From: Pseudomonadota bacterium
Lineage (GTDB): Bacteria > Bdellovibrionota > FAC87 > UBA2466
NCBI GenBank assembly: GCA_043767805.1
Contig: JAYUGC010000182.1
Location: 1 to 48,425, forward strand
Length of the DNA: 48,425 nucleotides
Direction of reading: 5' to 3'
Part shown: in pieces, positions 10,089 to 18,998 of the stretch
Layout of the letters: each line of letters begins with the position of its first letter
Numbering within the stretch: the first letter of the stretch is position 1
The notes under the pieces: model-generated
Databases searched by the model: none
Told to the model about the DNA's origin: nothing
What the model saw: the letters and a program-made list of their open reading frames with translations, nothing else
Translations under genes and position numbers: made by a program

Positions 10089-11411
10089 TTACGCCGGTTC
10101 CGACGCAAGGTTTTCGAAGGACGCGTACGCGCCGACCCAGACGACGCGCGCCGTGCCGCGGGGGCCGTTACGGTGCTTGCCGATGATGAATTCCGCGGAG
10201 CTCGCGGGCTGGCTCATGGCCTCAATGTCTTCGCGGTGAATGAAAATGATGATGTCCGCGTCCTGCTCGATGGCGCCTGATTCGCGAAGATCGGCCATCA
10301 TGGGCTTTTTGTCCTGGCGAAGCTCGACGCTGCGGTTTAGCTGGGAGAGCGCGAGCACCGGTACGTTGAGCTCTTTAGCGAGCGCCTTTAACCCGCGCGA
10401 GATTTCGGAAATCGCGTTCTCACGGTTTTGAGACGATTTACTCGTGCCCATGATCTGGAGGTAATCGACCACCACCAGCCCGAGAGAACCGAGTTCCGCT
10501 TTGAGCCGCCGCGCTTTTCCGCGGACTTCGAGAACGGTGAGAGCCGGCGTATCGTCGATGTAGATCGGCGCTTCGGACAGGATTCCGGCCGCTCGCGTCA
10601 TGCGAGCCCAGTCATTTTCGGCAAGCTTTCCGCTGCGGATGCGCGACTGATCGACTTTCGCTTCGGAGGCGAGCAGACGGGTGACGATCTGCTCCTTCGA
10701 CATTTCCAGCGAGAAGAAAACAATGGGCGCCTTGGCGTGCACGGCGGCGTTACGGGCCACGCCGAGCGCGAAACTGGTTTTACCCATTGAGGGACGGCAA
10801 GCTACGATGATGAGATCGGACTTTTGAAACCCGTTCGTCATCTTGTCGAGCTCGAGCCAGCCCGAAGGCACGCCCGTCAGCTTGTCCTGATTTTCAAAAC
10901 GCGCTTCGAGCTCCACGAAAGCGGAACGAACGATGTCCCGGATGGGCGCCATGTTTTTTGAGCGCTTCGACGAGGTGAGCGCGAAAATTTCTTTCTCGGC
11001 GTAATCGAGAAGCTCCGCCGTGGCTTCCGACGGATCGAGGCCGCGGCTCGCGATGTCGTTACACGCACTGACCAGATTTCGCTTTAGCGCCTGGTTGGCG
11101 ACGATACCCGCGTGGTACTCGGCATTGACCGCGGTGGGCACGAGCTCCATGAGCTCGGCGATGCCGGGAGCGCCCCCCACTTCCTCGAAGGTCCCTAGCT
11201 CTTTGAGCTTGGCTTGGAGGGTAACGACGTCGATGGGATCGCCTTGGGAGGCGAGTACCGACATGGCCGCGAAAAGTTTCCGGTGCGCGGGACGATAAAA
11301 ATCGTCTTCCGCGACGACGTCCACCACCCGGTGGAAGGCTTGCGTATCGATGAGGATGCCGCCCAATACGGATTGCTCGGCCTCTAAATTTTGGGGTGGG
11401 ACGCGTTCCAT
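10089..11411 (-). CDS. dnaB: Replicative DNA helicase
   Basis: PPQNLEAEQSVLG, Walker A CRPSMGKT, VVVDYLQ, DLRESGAIEQDAD and KHRNGP. No intein. Confidence 0.98.
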   Translation of the reverse strand: MERVPPQNLEAEQSVLGGILIDTQAFHRVVDVVAEDDFYRPAHRKLFAAMSVLASQGDPIDVVTLQAKLKELGTFEEVGGAPGIAELMELVPTAVNAEYHAGIVANQALKRNLVSACNDIASRGLDPSEATAELLDYAEKEIFALTSSKRSKNMAPIRDIVRSAFVELEARFENQDKLTGVPSGWLELDKMTNGFQKSDLIIVACRPSMGKTSFALGVARNAAVHAKAPIVFFSLEMSKEQIVTRLLASEAKVDQSRIRSGKLAENDWARMTRAAGILSEAPIYIDDTPALTVLEVRGKARRLKAELGSLGLVVVDYLQIMGTSKSSQNRENAISEISRGLKALAKELNVPVLALSQLNRSVELRQDKKPMMADLRESGAIEQDADIIIFIHREDIEAMSQPASSAEFIIGKHRNGPRGTARVVWVGAYASFENLASEPA

Positions 11412-11495
11412 GTTTCGCCGATTTTTAACCGCTCAGCGCGGGGATGGCAAAGAGATTGGCTCGCTATTGTAGTGCAACGCGTTATCTGGCGAGGT

Positions 11496-12713
11496 TCAGG
11501 CCGAGCGGGCGTAGCTTCGGAAGAGTGGCAGCTGGCGGGAAAAACGTTCCGAGACAAAAAGGAGGCAAGAAGTGAGCAAAAGGGTGAGGGGAATGACGGA
11601 AAAGACGAGCTGCTGAACTTCGCTGCCGCCAGTGACCCCTCTTTGGGCGGCAAGTCCGGCCACCACCGCGCAGGCAAGCCCTCGCGGCCCCATGGCGAAT
11701 ACGGTGAGCGCGTCGAGCTTCGGCGCTTTGAAAGGAAGAAAGAGCCGGGCCACTAGATACCGGGTCAGGAAAACGAGAGCGGTGAGCAGGACGGCGAGCC
11801 CCAGGTTCTCGGGATTATCCCAGCGGAGCACCACTCCCATATAAATGAAGAAGTAGACCCTAAGCAAAAAGGTCAGCTCCGCGAGCAGATCTTTTTCGGC
11901 TTCGGGCAAAACTTCGTCGTCTTGGAAGTGCTGGCGCAACTTCGCGGTGAGTAGCCCTAAATTGCCGAGCACGAGTCCCATGGAGAGCACGGCGAGAGCC
12001 CCATTTAATCCCATCAATCCCGCGACGCCGTATCCCATCAAAACCGAAATTTCCGTCGAGAAACGGATATGAGAAAGCGGCGGGGAATAGCGTTTCACGA
12101 AAGCAAAGCTGAGTCCAAAGCCGGCACCCACTAGAAGAGAAGCGACCACCGCCGGAAGCAGCGTCATGGCGGCATCGAAAGGCCCGACTCCGCCGCTCGC
12201 CGCGATTTCCAGCGCAATCACGCCGAGCACGACGACGAGCACGTCGTTGACCGAGCTTTCGAGCATGAGGATGGTGCGAGTCCGCTCGTTCACGGGAAGC
12301 CGTTTTACCAGGGGAATGACCAGGGCCGAGCTCGTGGAGCCGAGCGCGATGGCTGCGTAGAGCGCCATCGGCCAGGGAAGCGTGGTGAGACCAGCCGTAA
12401 GACCGGCCGCCAGCGGAACGAAAAGGAAAAAAGCCCCGAAGGTAATCTTGAGAGAGGTGACCGAGGCGTCTCTGAGCTGTGAAATCGAAAACTCGAGACT
12501 GCCTTCGAGCAAAATGACGACGAGCGCGAGCTCGGCGAGGAAGGGACCGATGGCATTGAAATCCTCGGGCGTGATTAGCCCTGAGACGGGCCCTACCAAG
12601 ATGCCGACGGCGATAAAGAGCAGAAGATCAGGGATCTTGGTGCGGTTAAAGACCCACCACAAGCTATGGCCAAGAAAAAAGAGCGCGCCCAGAATGACGA
12701 AGGCGGAGCTCAT
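11496..12713 (-). CDS. Cation:proton antiporter (CPA1/NhaP-like)
   Basis: About 12 TM segments, with IPDLLLFIAVGILVGP, LESSVND and MGPRGLA. ATGA overlap with rmuC. Confidence 0.85.
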   Translation of the reverse strand: MSSAFVILGALFFLGHSLWWVFNRTKIPDLLLFIAVGILVGPVSGLITPEDFNAIGPFLAELALVVILLEGSLEFSISQLRDASVTSLKITFGAFFLFVPLAAGLTAGLTTLPWPMALYAAIALGSTSSALVIPLVKRLPVNERTRTILMLESSVNDVLVVVLGVIALEIAASGGVGPFDAAMTLLPAVVASLLVGAGFGLSFAFVKRYSPPLSHIRFSTEISVLMGYGVAGLMGLNGALAVLSMGLVLGNLGLLTAKLRQHFQDDEVLPEAEKDLLAELTFLLRVYFFIYMGVVLRWDNPENLGLAVLLTALVFLTRYLVARLFLPFKAPKLDALTVFAMGPRGLACAVVAGLAAQRGVTGGSEVQQLVFSVIPLTLLLTSCLLFVSERFSRQLPLFRSYARSA

Positions 12714-13903
12714 GAATTAGTCGGCAGAAGCTTCTCAGCCGCTGCGGCGGCCGCTTCGATGGCGTTAGCGTCTTCTCCCGTGAGTCTCTGCACGGCGCTG
12801 CTGTAACGGCCGAGATGGGTGTCCGCCGTTTGATACGCGTTTTGGGCGCGGCCTAACTGGGTACCGATTTCCTCGAAGCGCTTTTCGAAGTTCTCGAAGT
12901 GTTGCTGAGCCTTTTTTACGTCGGTAATGGTCTTCTCGACGCCTTTTGCCATTTCGTAATAATTGCGCGAAACGGAAATCGCGTGGAGCGTGACGGAAAG
13001 CGTATTGGGAGACACCGCGAAGATTTTGAACTTCTGCAGGTCTTCGCAAAGCTTCATATTGCGCAATATTTCGAAATAGAGCGTCTCCGAGGGAACGAAG
13101 AGAAGCGCGATGTCGGTGGTGCCGTGCTCAGGATGGACGTACTTGTCGCGGATGGACTTGGCCTGGGCGCGCATCACTTCGGTTAAAGTCTTCCGGGCCG
13201 CTTCGAGCGCCGTCGGATCATTGGCCTCGAATAACGGCAGAACCTGTTCCCGCGGGAACTTGCTGTCGATGGGGAGAACTTGCTTCGGGTACTTGATGAC
13301 GGCGTCCACGCGCTCGGTGGAACCGGGCACGATGCGGTACTGGAGCTCGTACCCGTCGATGGGGAGCAAGTCGGCGAGCAGCCTTTCGAGCGTGGCTTCG
13401 CCGAAGCCGCCGCGCAGGTGGGGCAGCTTCAAAAGATTATTCAGATCATTGATGGAGCTGCCCACCACGTTCAGGTTGCGGAGCTGAACCTCGGCGAGAG
13501 ACAGGTGATGCTGCACCTTTTCGAACTGCTCGAAACCTTGCTTCAAGTTCGCGGTGAGATTGGTCTGCACGCTCGAGGTCAGATCCTTCATGCGCAAGTC
13601 GAGGCGGCCGTCGATCTGGGCGAACTTGCCTTCCAAGGTCTGCGTGGTGCTGAGCAAGCCTTGCTGAAGCTCCTGGCGGTTCGCCTGTAGCTCTTTGGCG
13701 ATTTCCGATCGCAAGGTATTCACTTTCGTGTCTTGCGTGCGCTCGAACTCGCTCTGAAACACGACGATGTTTTTCTGCAGTCCCTGGAAAGTGTCCTGGA
13801 GCAGGCGAAAGCCCGATTGAAGCTGAGAGTGATTGAGGCGCAATAAGAGAAACGCGGTGAGTCCTAAGGCGACGCAAACGACCGCGACCATGATCCATTC
13901 CAT
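12710..13903 (-). CDS. rmuC: DNA recombination protein RmuC family (start refined to ATG 13903)
   Basis: TM helix plus coiled coil, then RGGFGEATLE, RVDAVI, PIDSKFP, TTDIALLFVPSE and SPNTL. Confidence 0.9.
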   Translation of the reverse strand: MEWIMVAVVCVALGLTAFLLLRLNHSQLQSGFRLLQDTFQGLQKNIVVFQSEFERTQDTKVNTLRSEIAKELQANRQELQQGLLSTTQTLEGKFAQIDGRLDLRMKDLTSSVQTNLTANLKQGFEQFEKVQHHLSLAEVQLRNLNVVGSSINDLNNLLKLPHLRGGFGEATLERLLADLLPIDGYELQYRIVPGSTERVDAVIKYPKQVLPIDSKFPREQVLPLFEANDPTALEAARKTLTEVMRAQAKSIRDKYVHPEHGTTDIALLFVPSETLYFEILRNMKLCEDLQKFKIFAVSPNTLSVTLHAISVSRNYYEMAKGVEKTITDVKKAQQHFENFEKRFEEIGTQLGRAQNAYQTADTHLGRYSSAVQRLTGEDANAIEAAAAAAEKLLPTNS

Positions 13904-13968
13904 GGGCCGGACAATAACTAGGCGGGTTCTGGGTGTCAGCTGCAAAAAAGCGGGGTAGATTCCGGTTT

Positions 13969-15033
13969 ATGCGAGTTGCGTTATTTTTCGTTTTGCTCTC
14001 AGGTCCGGCCTTCGGATGGAAACTGTCTGCCCTAGCCAAAGGCTTCGAGTTTCCGGCGGCGGCGGTCGTCGAGCCGGGCACCAGGGCACTCTTCGTCGTC
14101 GAACAGAAGGGCAAGATCCGCTCCTGGAAAGACGGGAAGATCACGCCGGTTCTCGACTGGACTAAAAAAGTCTCCTTTGGCGGCGAGTGTGGACTGCTCT
14201 CCGTCGCCTTTCATCCGCGGTACGAAAAAAACGGCCGCTACTTCGTCAACTACACGGCCCGGACCCCTGACCTCATGACTTACGTCTCCGAGTTTCACCG
14301 CGGCGAATCTACCGAGAAGGTGCTTTTGAAATTCAAACAGCCGTACCCCAACCACAATGGAGGCCAGCTCGCCTTCGATGCGAAGGGCTATCTCTATATC
14401 GGCGTGGGCGATGGGGGCAGCGCGGGGGATCCGCTCGGAGCGGGGCAGGATCCGAAGACCATTCTCGCGAAGATTCTCCGCATCGACGTCGATCGGGGCG
14501 ACCCGTACGGCATTCCCGAGGACAATCCGTTTAGTCAAGCCGGCGGCCTAAAAGAAATGTTTGCCTGGGGCCTTCGCAATCCCTGGCGCTTCAGCTTCGA
14601 CCCGAAAACCGGAAAGCTTTTCGTGGCGGACGTCGGCCAAGACAAGTGGGAAGAGATCGATATCGTCGAAAAGGGGAAAAACTACGGCTGGAACGTGCGA
14701 GAGGGAAACCACTGCTACATTCCCGAGGAGGGTTGCGGTGATAGGTTTGCGCCCGCGCTTTGGGAGTACAGCCACGACGACGGGCAATCCATCACGGGCG
14801 GGTACGTGTACCGCGGCAAGAAAATCAAAACCCTCGAGGGTGCGTACGTCTACGGCGATTACGCCTCGACTAATATCTGGGCGCTTCGGATGGATGAGGC
14901 CCAGACCAAAGCCGTGAAAAACGAGCTACTGATGGTAAGCGGCGTTCCCATCTCGTCTTTTGCCTTGGATGCGGACGGAGAAATCCTCGTGCTCGATCAC
15001 GAGGGCGGCCGGGTACTTCGCCTAGATTTGTAA
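13969..15033 (+). CDS. Secreted PQQ-dependent glucose/sorbosone dehydrogenase-family beta-propeller (start refined to ATG 13969)
   Basis: GECGLLSVAFHP, NHNGGQLAF, GLRNPWRFSFD, NYGW and SITGGYVYRG. Confidence 0.9.
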   Translation: MRVALFFVLLSGPAFGWKLSALAKGFEFPAAAVVEPGTRALFVVEQKGKIRSWKDGKITPVLDWTKKVSFGGECGLLSVAFHPRYEKNGRYFVNYTARTPDLMTYVSEFHRGESTEKVLLKFKQPYPNHNGGQLAFDAKGYLYIGVGDGGSAGDPLGAGQDPKTILAKILRIDVDRGDPYGIPEDNPFSQAGGLKEMFAWGLRNPWRFSFDPKTGKLFVADVGQDKWEEIDIVEKGKNYGWNVREGNHCYIPEEGCGDRFAPALWEYSHDDGQSITGGYVYRGKKIKTLEGAYVYGDYASTNIWALRMDEAQTKAVKNELLMVSGVPISSFALDADGEILVLDHEGGRVLRLDL

Positions 15034-15990
15034 GGTCAGGCTCGGCTTGAAGCTCGCATCGTCGAGCTGATATTCGTCGAAATAAAGATGATGCACGTGC
15101 GAGCGGAATTTCCGGCACTCGTCCTCGTGAATTTTCCGCGTGAGAGTGCCCGAGCGCTTTAGCTGCCGGAGGTGTTTTCGCACCTGAGCCGCCTCGTCCA
15201 TAGTCTTATGACCGGTGGGATCCACGCGGTAAACCGGCGACTTCTTCCAGTCGCGCAAAAGGAGAACCATCGCGGTAACGCAAAGCCGGTTGTACTCGTC
15301 CAGATGCTCCATATCGAACTGCAAGTTGGAGCGCTTGTTCACCGTCTTGACGAACTGCTGCCATTTTTTCAGACGCTGAATGGCCATCATGGAGCTAAAC
15401 AAAATCTTGTTCGTGCGAAACGAAAAAATCGTATCTTTCAGCGCGCCGTCGAGCAGCCGATCGTGAGTGTTGTTTCGCTTATTGGCGATGATGTCCTCGA
15501 GCTCGTGCCAGACCCGATCGCCGAAATGCTCATCGAGACGCACTTCCCAGTAGGCATGGCGGAACGTGGCGTTCTCGAAATGGCGGACATTTTGAAACGG
15601 GACGAAATAGTTGTGAGACACCGTATCGCACGCGAGGTGCGAGAGGTAGCCGTAGACGAAAGCCTGTTCCGCCGGCGTTTTCGCGTGGTCGAGCAGACTG
15701 ATGCCGACGTCGAAGTTATGGCAGTTGTACATGTACTCGACGTAGGCCTTGCCGAGAGTGATGTCGGCTGCGATGCACCCATAGAGGAAGTCCGGCCGAT
15801 AGGCCGTGAGAATCTGGCGCACCGTCTCGGGCAAGAGGTAGCTGAAGTGCAGCAGCTCTTTGGCGTAGTAGAGATGGGTGACGGGAGCCCAGCCAAACGC
15901 CTCGCGCGGGACGAAAGCAACGAGTAAGGCCAAGGCGAACAAAGTTACTCTATTCATCGTCACCCATCCTTTGTATCTTAGTTTCGGCAT
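15022..15990 (-). CDS. Zinc-dependent phospholipase C family protein (start 15990 or 15957)
   Basis: Signal peptide followed by mature N-terminal W-A-P-V-T-H. Zn-ligand motifs IAADI, GYLSHLACDTVSH and HAYWE. Confidence 0.8.
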   Translation of the reverse strand: MPKLRYKGWVTMNRVTLFALALLVAFVPREAFGWAPVTHLYYAKELLHFSYLLPETVRQILTAYRPDFLYGCIAADITLGKAYVEYMYNCHNFDVGISLLDHAKTPAEQAFVYGYLSHLACDTVSHNYFVPFQNVRHFENATFRHAYWEVRLDEHFGDRVWHELEDIIANKRNNTHDRLLDGALKDTIFSFRTNKILFSSMMAIQRLKKWQQFVKTVNKRSNLQFDMEHLDEYNRLCVTAMVLLLRDWKKSPVYRVDPTGHKTMDEAAQVRKHLRQLKRSGTLTRKIHEDECRKFRSHVHHLYFDEYQLDDASFKPSLTLQI

Positions 15991-16031
15991 TTTTAGGATA
16001 AGTTCCGCTCGGATAAAAGAAGTGGGTGGGG

Positions 16032-16637
16032 ATGAGTAGCGAACTGAGGCAGAGCGTCAAAGAGTACCGTAAGATTTGGGAAGAGGCGGGCGTGGATTTT
16101 CTCTCGCCGCGGTTTTGGACGCTCACTCGGCGCGCGGCCCCGGCTCCCGTCCCGGCGCCTTCCCCCCCAGCCTTGCCGCCGTCGCCCGCGCTTCGCGCGC
16201 CGTCCGCCCGGTTTTTCTACGGTCAGGCGACGGCTGCCGGAAAATGCCGTGTGCTTTTCGTGGGCGACGCCGAAGGCTTCAGCGACGAAGCCGGTCAGCT
16301 GCTCGGCAAGATTATCGATGCCATGGAGCTTGGCCGGGAAAAAGGCACTTACCTCGCTGACCCGAACGCGGAGTGGTCGAGCTTTTTGCGAGAACAAGTG
16401 GGAATCGCCCAGCCCGCGGTGGTGGTCGCGCTGGGTCCCGTGGTGGCCGCCTCGCTTTTGGGCGGAGACGGGATCGCTTCGCTTCGCGGGAAGTGGCATT
16501 CGCTTCCTTGGTCGAAGGAAGTGGCGCTGAGAGTGACGTTTCATCCCGCCCACTTACTGACGGCGCCCGCCTCGAAAAAGGAAGTTTGGGAAGACATGAA
16601 GCTCGTCTTACAAAAACTGGGCGGAGCCGCTAAATGA
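16032..16637 (+). CDS. Family-4 uracil-DNA glycosylase-like protein, degenerate
   Basis: VLFVG, AGQLLGKII, VVVALG, LRGKW and TFHPAHLL are present. Fe-S cysteines and part of motif A are missing. Confidence 0.75.
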   Translation: MSSELRQSVKEYRKIWEEAGVDFLSPRFWTLTRRAAPAPVPAPSPPALPPSPALRAPSARFFYGQATAAGKCRVLFVGDAEGFSDEAGQLLGKIIDAMELGREKGTYLADPNAEWSSFLREQVGIAQPAVVVALGPVVAASLLGGDGIASLRGKWHSLPWSKEVALRVTFHPAHLLTAPASKKEVWEDMKLVLQKLGGAAK

Positions 16638-17896
16638 AAATCGCGGCGCTTTGGCTGGCGTTTCTCGCAAGTCTGGCCAGTGGAGCCACCGTGCCGGTCA
16701 TTCGCCTGAATGGCCCGTTGAACCCGGGAACCGGTGCCTATTTACGAGACGGCTTGAATGAGGCCGCGCGCCTTTCCGCGCCTTACGTGATTTTGGTTTT
16801 AAATACCGACGGCGGGCTTTTACCTGCGGCTCGCTCCGCCGTGCAACGCGTGCTCGAGTCTCCGGTCCCCGTGGTGGCTTTCGTCGGTTCCGCGGGAGCG
16901 CGCGCCGGATCGCTCGGCGCGCTTCTGCTCGTCGCCAGTGACGTGGCGGTGATGCATCCGCAGGCTTTAGTCGGTGGAGAACCTCTGGGCGTGACCGAAG
17001 AGTACCGGGCGGCCCATAACCGGTTCGAAGGGGAAACCGCGGAACTTGCCGATCACATCGCCCGTGCCCGCGCGCGAAACGCCCACGGCGCGAGTAAGGC
17101 GATTCACGGTAAAGAAGCACTGACGGGTGAGGCGGCTCTCAGAGAGAGTCTCATCGATTTCACGGCCGAGGATCTGGCGGCCGTGCAAGCGCGGCTCGTC
17201 GGGTTTCAGCTTCGGGTGGCAAAGGCAGGCGCCGCGGTTCTTCCGACCGAAGTGGGTCCGTTAAATGAGGTGGGCCCCTCGCTCTGGCAAACCTTTCTCG
17301 CCGGCGTTTCCGACTCTCGTTTGGCGTACGGCCTTTTCTTTCTGGGCTTCGTGCTACTCGCCTTGGAGCTTTCGCGGCCGGGAGCGATGTTTCCTGGCGT
17401 GCTTGGCGGGGCCTGCGTTCTGTTCAGTCTCTTTCTCTTTTACTGGCTGCCCATTTCGTATGGAGCGCTCGCGATGATGGTGGTGGGGTTCGCGCTGATT
17501 CTGGGCGAAGGACTCTATCCGAGTTACGGGCTTTTCGGGCTCTTGGGTCTGGGTGGCTTCATTCTGGGATCGCTTTGGCTCGTCGATACTTCGGCGCCGG
17601 ACTATCAGTTGCCGCTCGGTTGGGTTCTGGCGTGTGCGGCGACGCTGGCTGCGGTCGGGTTCGCGCTGAGTTACGGAGTTTTTCGCGGGCGCAAGCGGCG
17701 CCGGGCCTCGGGACTCGAGGCGCTGGTGGGAGAGTTCGGGCAAGCGCGGGGCAAAGTGACGCCGAGCCAGGGCAAAGTTTTCGTTCAGGGCGAGGTTTGG
17801 ACGGCGGTGTGTGAAGCGAGCGAGGAAATAGCCGCGGGCGCGCTGGTGATCGTGACTGGCGTGCGGGGGCTATCTCTTGTAGTAGCGCCGAGATAA
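16634..17896 (+). CDS. nfeD: NfeD-family membrane protein (ClpP-like domain, TM domain, OB fold)
   Basis: LNTDGGLL, GARAGSLG, ELSRPG..FPGVLG, SGLEALVG and GKVFVQGEVWTA. Confidence 0.85.
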   Translation: MKIAALWLAFLASLASGATVPVIRLNGPLNPGTGAYLRDGLNEAARLSAPYVILVLNTDGGLLPAARSAVQRVLESPVPVVAFVGSAGARAGSLGALLLVASDVAVMHPQALVGGEPLGVTEEYRAAHNRFEGETAELADHIARARARNAHGASKAIHGKEALTGEAALRESLIDFTAEDLAAVQARLVGFQLRVAKAGAAVLPTEVGPLNEVGPSLWQTFLAGVSDSRLAYGLFFLGFVLLALELSRPGAMFPGVLGGACVLFSLFLFYWLPISYGALAMMVVGFALILGEGLYPSYGLFGLLGLGGFILGSLWLVDTSAPDYQLPLGWVLACAATLAAVGFALSYGVFRGRKRRRASGLEALVGEFGQARGKVTPSQGKVFVQGEVWTAVCEASEEIAAGALVIVTGVRGLSLVVAPR

Positions 17897-17945
17897 ATTC
17901 AGCCCTATCAAACGAGTTCGTGATTCGCGGATCGCCCGGCTGAAT
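17897..17945. repeat. Partial arm of the palindromic repeat family (ATTCAGC-N34-GGCTGAAT)
   Basis: Same motifs, spacing and internal CGCGGA as the full arms. It starts immediately after the nfeD stop codon. Confidence 0.7.
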
Positions 17946-17963
17946 GAGAAGGATGCGCGTGCC

Positions 17964-18200
17964 GTTCAGCCCCTCGGAAGAAACCTAAGTGGCGCGGACA
18001 AGCCGGCTGAACCGGGTAGGTAAAAGTCGTGAGGGCGAAAGACGTGCCCGGCGGCTGTTCGTATCTTAAAAGGTAGCGCCCTACCTTTTAAGTTACTCGG
18101 AAGGGGAGTCGGGCAAGTCTTGCGACCTCTCGCTGCTTTCCTCGCCGGTTCAGCCTGTGCAACCGCGCTGCTAAGCTGGTCGAGAGGGGCTGAACTGCTC
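17964..18200. repeat. Palindromic element A: two inverted ~90-bp arms with a central perfect 12-bp hairpin
   Basis: GTTCAGC 17964, GGCTGAACCGG 18005, GCCCG 18046, hairpin 18065-18092, CGGGCAAGTC 18110, CCTCGCCGGTTCAGCC 18140 and GCTGAAC 18189. Confidence 0.85.
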
Positions 18201-18986
18201 TCAAAGAGCATCCCCAATCCCATACATCCCCGACCGATCGTACATCGGAATCACCTTCGGCAGCTGCGCCTGCAGCGCCTCTTGCCGAGTGCCGCTCGCC
18301 GGATGGGTCGACAGAAACTGCGGCGGGGCCGAACCGCCCGCCTTGGCAAAACGTCCCCAGAACCGGGGCGCCTCGCGCGGATCGTACCCGGCGCGCGCCA
18401 TATAGATGAGCCCGATTTCATCCGCTTCCGATTCATTCCCGCGGCTAAAGGGCAGAGCGATACCAATCTGCGCGCCAAGGCCCAGCGCACCCATGATCAA
18501 ATTCTTTTTCTGCGGATCGCTCCCGCCGAGAAGCGTTCCTAAAGCCGAGACTCCGAGCTGCGTCCCCATCGCTTGAGTGATGCGCTGACCGCCGTGTCTC
18601 GCGGTGGCGTGCGCTACTTCGTGTCCCATGACCGCGGCCATGCTAGCTTCGTTTTGGAGAAACGGAATGATGCCGGTGTAGAAGGCGACTTTGCCGCCGG
18701 GAAGGCAGAAGGCGTTCGCTTCCTTGGACTCGATGAGGCGGAATTCCCACTGGTACTCGGGCTTATTCGCCACGGCCGCGATGCGCTTGCCGACCCGTTG
18801 AAGGATCGCGTTCCACTTGGCGTTGGTGGAAACCCGCTCTTTTTGCAGGACCTCGGTGTAGGCCTGGTTGCCGAGCTGAACCTCTTCGCTTTCGCTAGTG
18901 ACGATGAAAGCACGGCGTCCCGTTTCGGGAGTAGTTACGCAAGCGGTGAGTGAGAGGAGGAGACCGAGAAGGATCGCGTTTCGCAT
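18201..18986 (-). CDS. M48-family zinc metallopeptidase lipoprotein (Oma1/LoiP-like)
   Basis: Lipobox LTAC, NAFCLPGGK, HEVAH, ESEADEIG and FLSTHP. Confidence 0.92.
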   Translation of the reverse strand: MRNAILLGLLLSLTACVTTPETGRRAFIVTSESEEVQLGNQAYTEVLQKERVSTNAKWNAILQRVGKRIAAVANKPEYQWEFRLIESKEANAFCLPGGKVAFYTGIIPFLQNEASMAAVMGHEVAHATARHGGQRITQAMGTQLGVSALGTLLGGSDPQKKNLIMGALGLGAQIGIALPFSRGNESEADEIGLIYMARAGYDPREAPRFWGRFAKAGGSAPPQFLSTHPASGTRQEALQAQLPKVIPMYDRSGMYGIGDAL

Positions 18987-18998
18987 TCAGCGAAAATA

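Noticed and set aside
17964..18200. 6S RNA
   Set aside because: It is rod-like and of similar size, but a homologous second copy and a partial third lie within 1.3 kb, and the two halves are homologous to each other. That is repeat behaviour, not a single-copy 6S gene.
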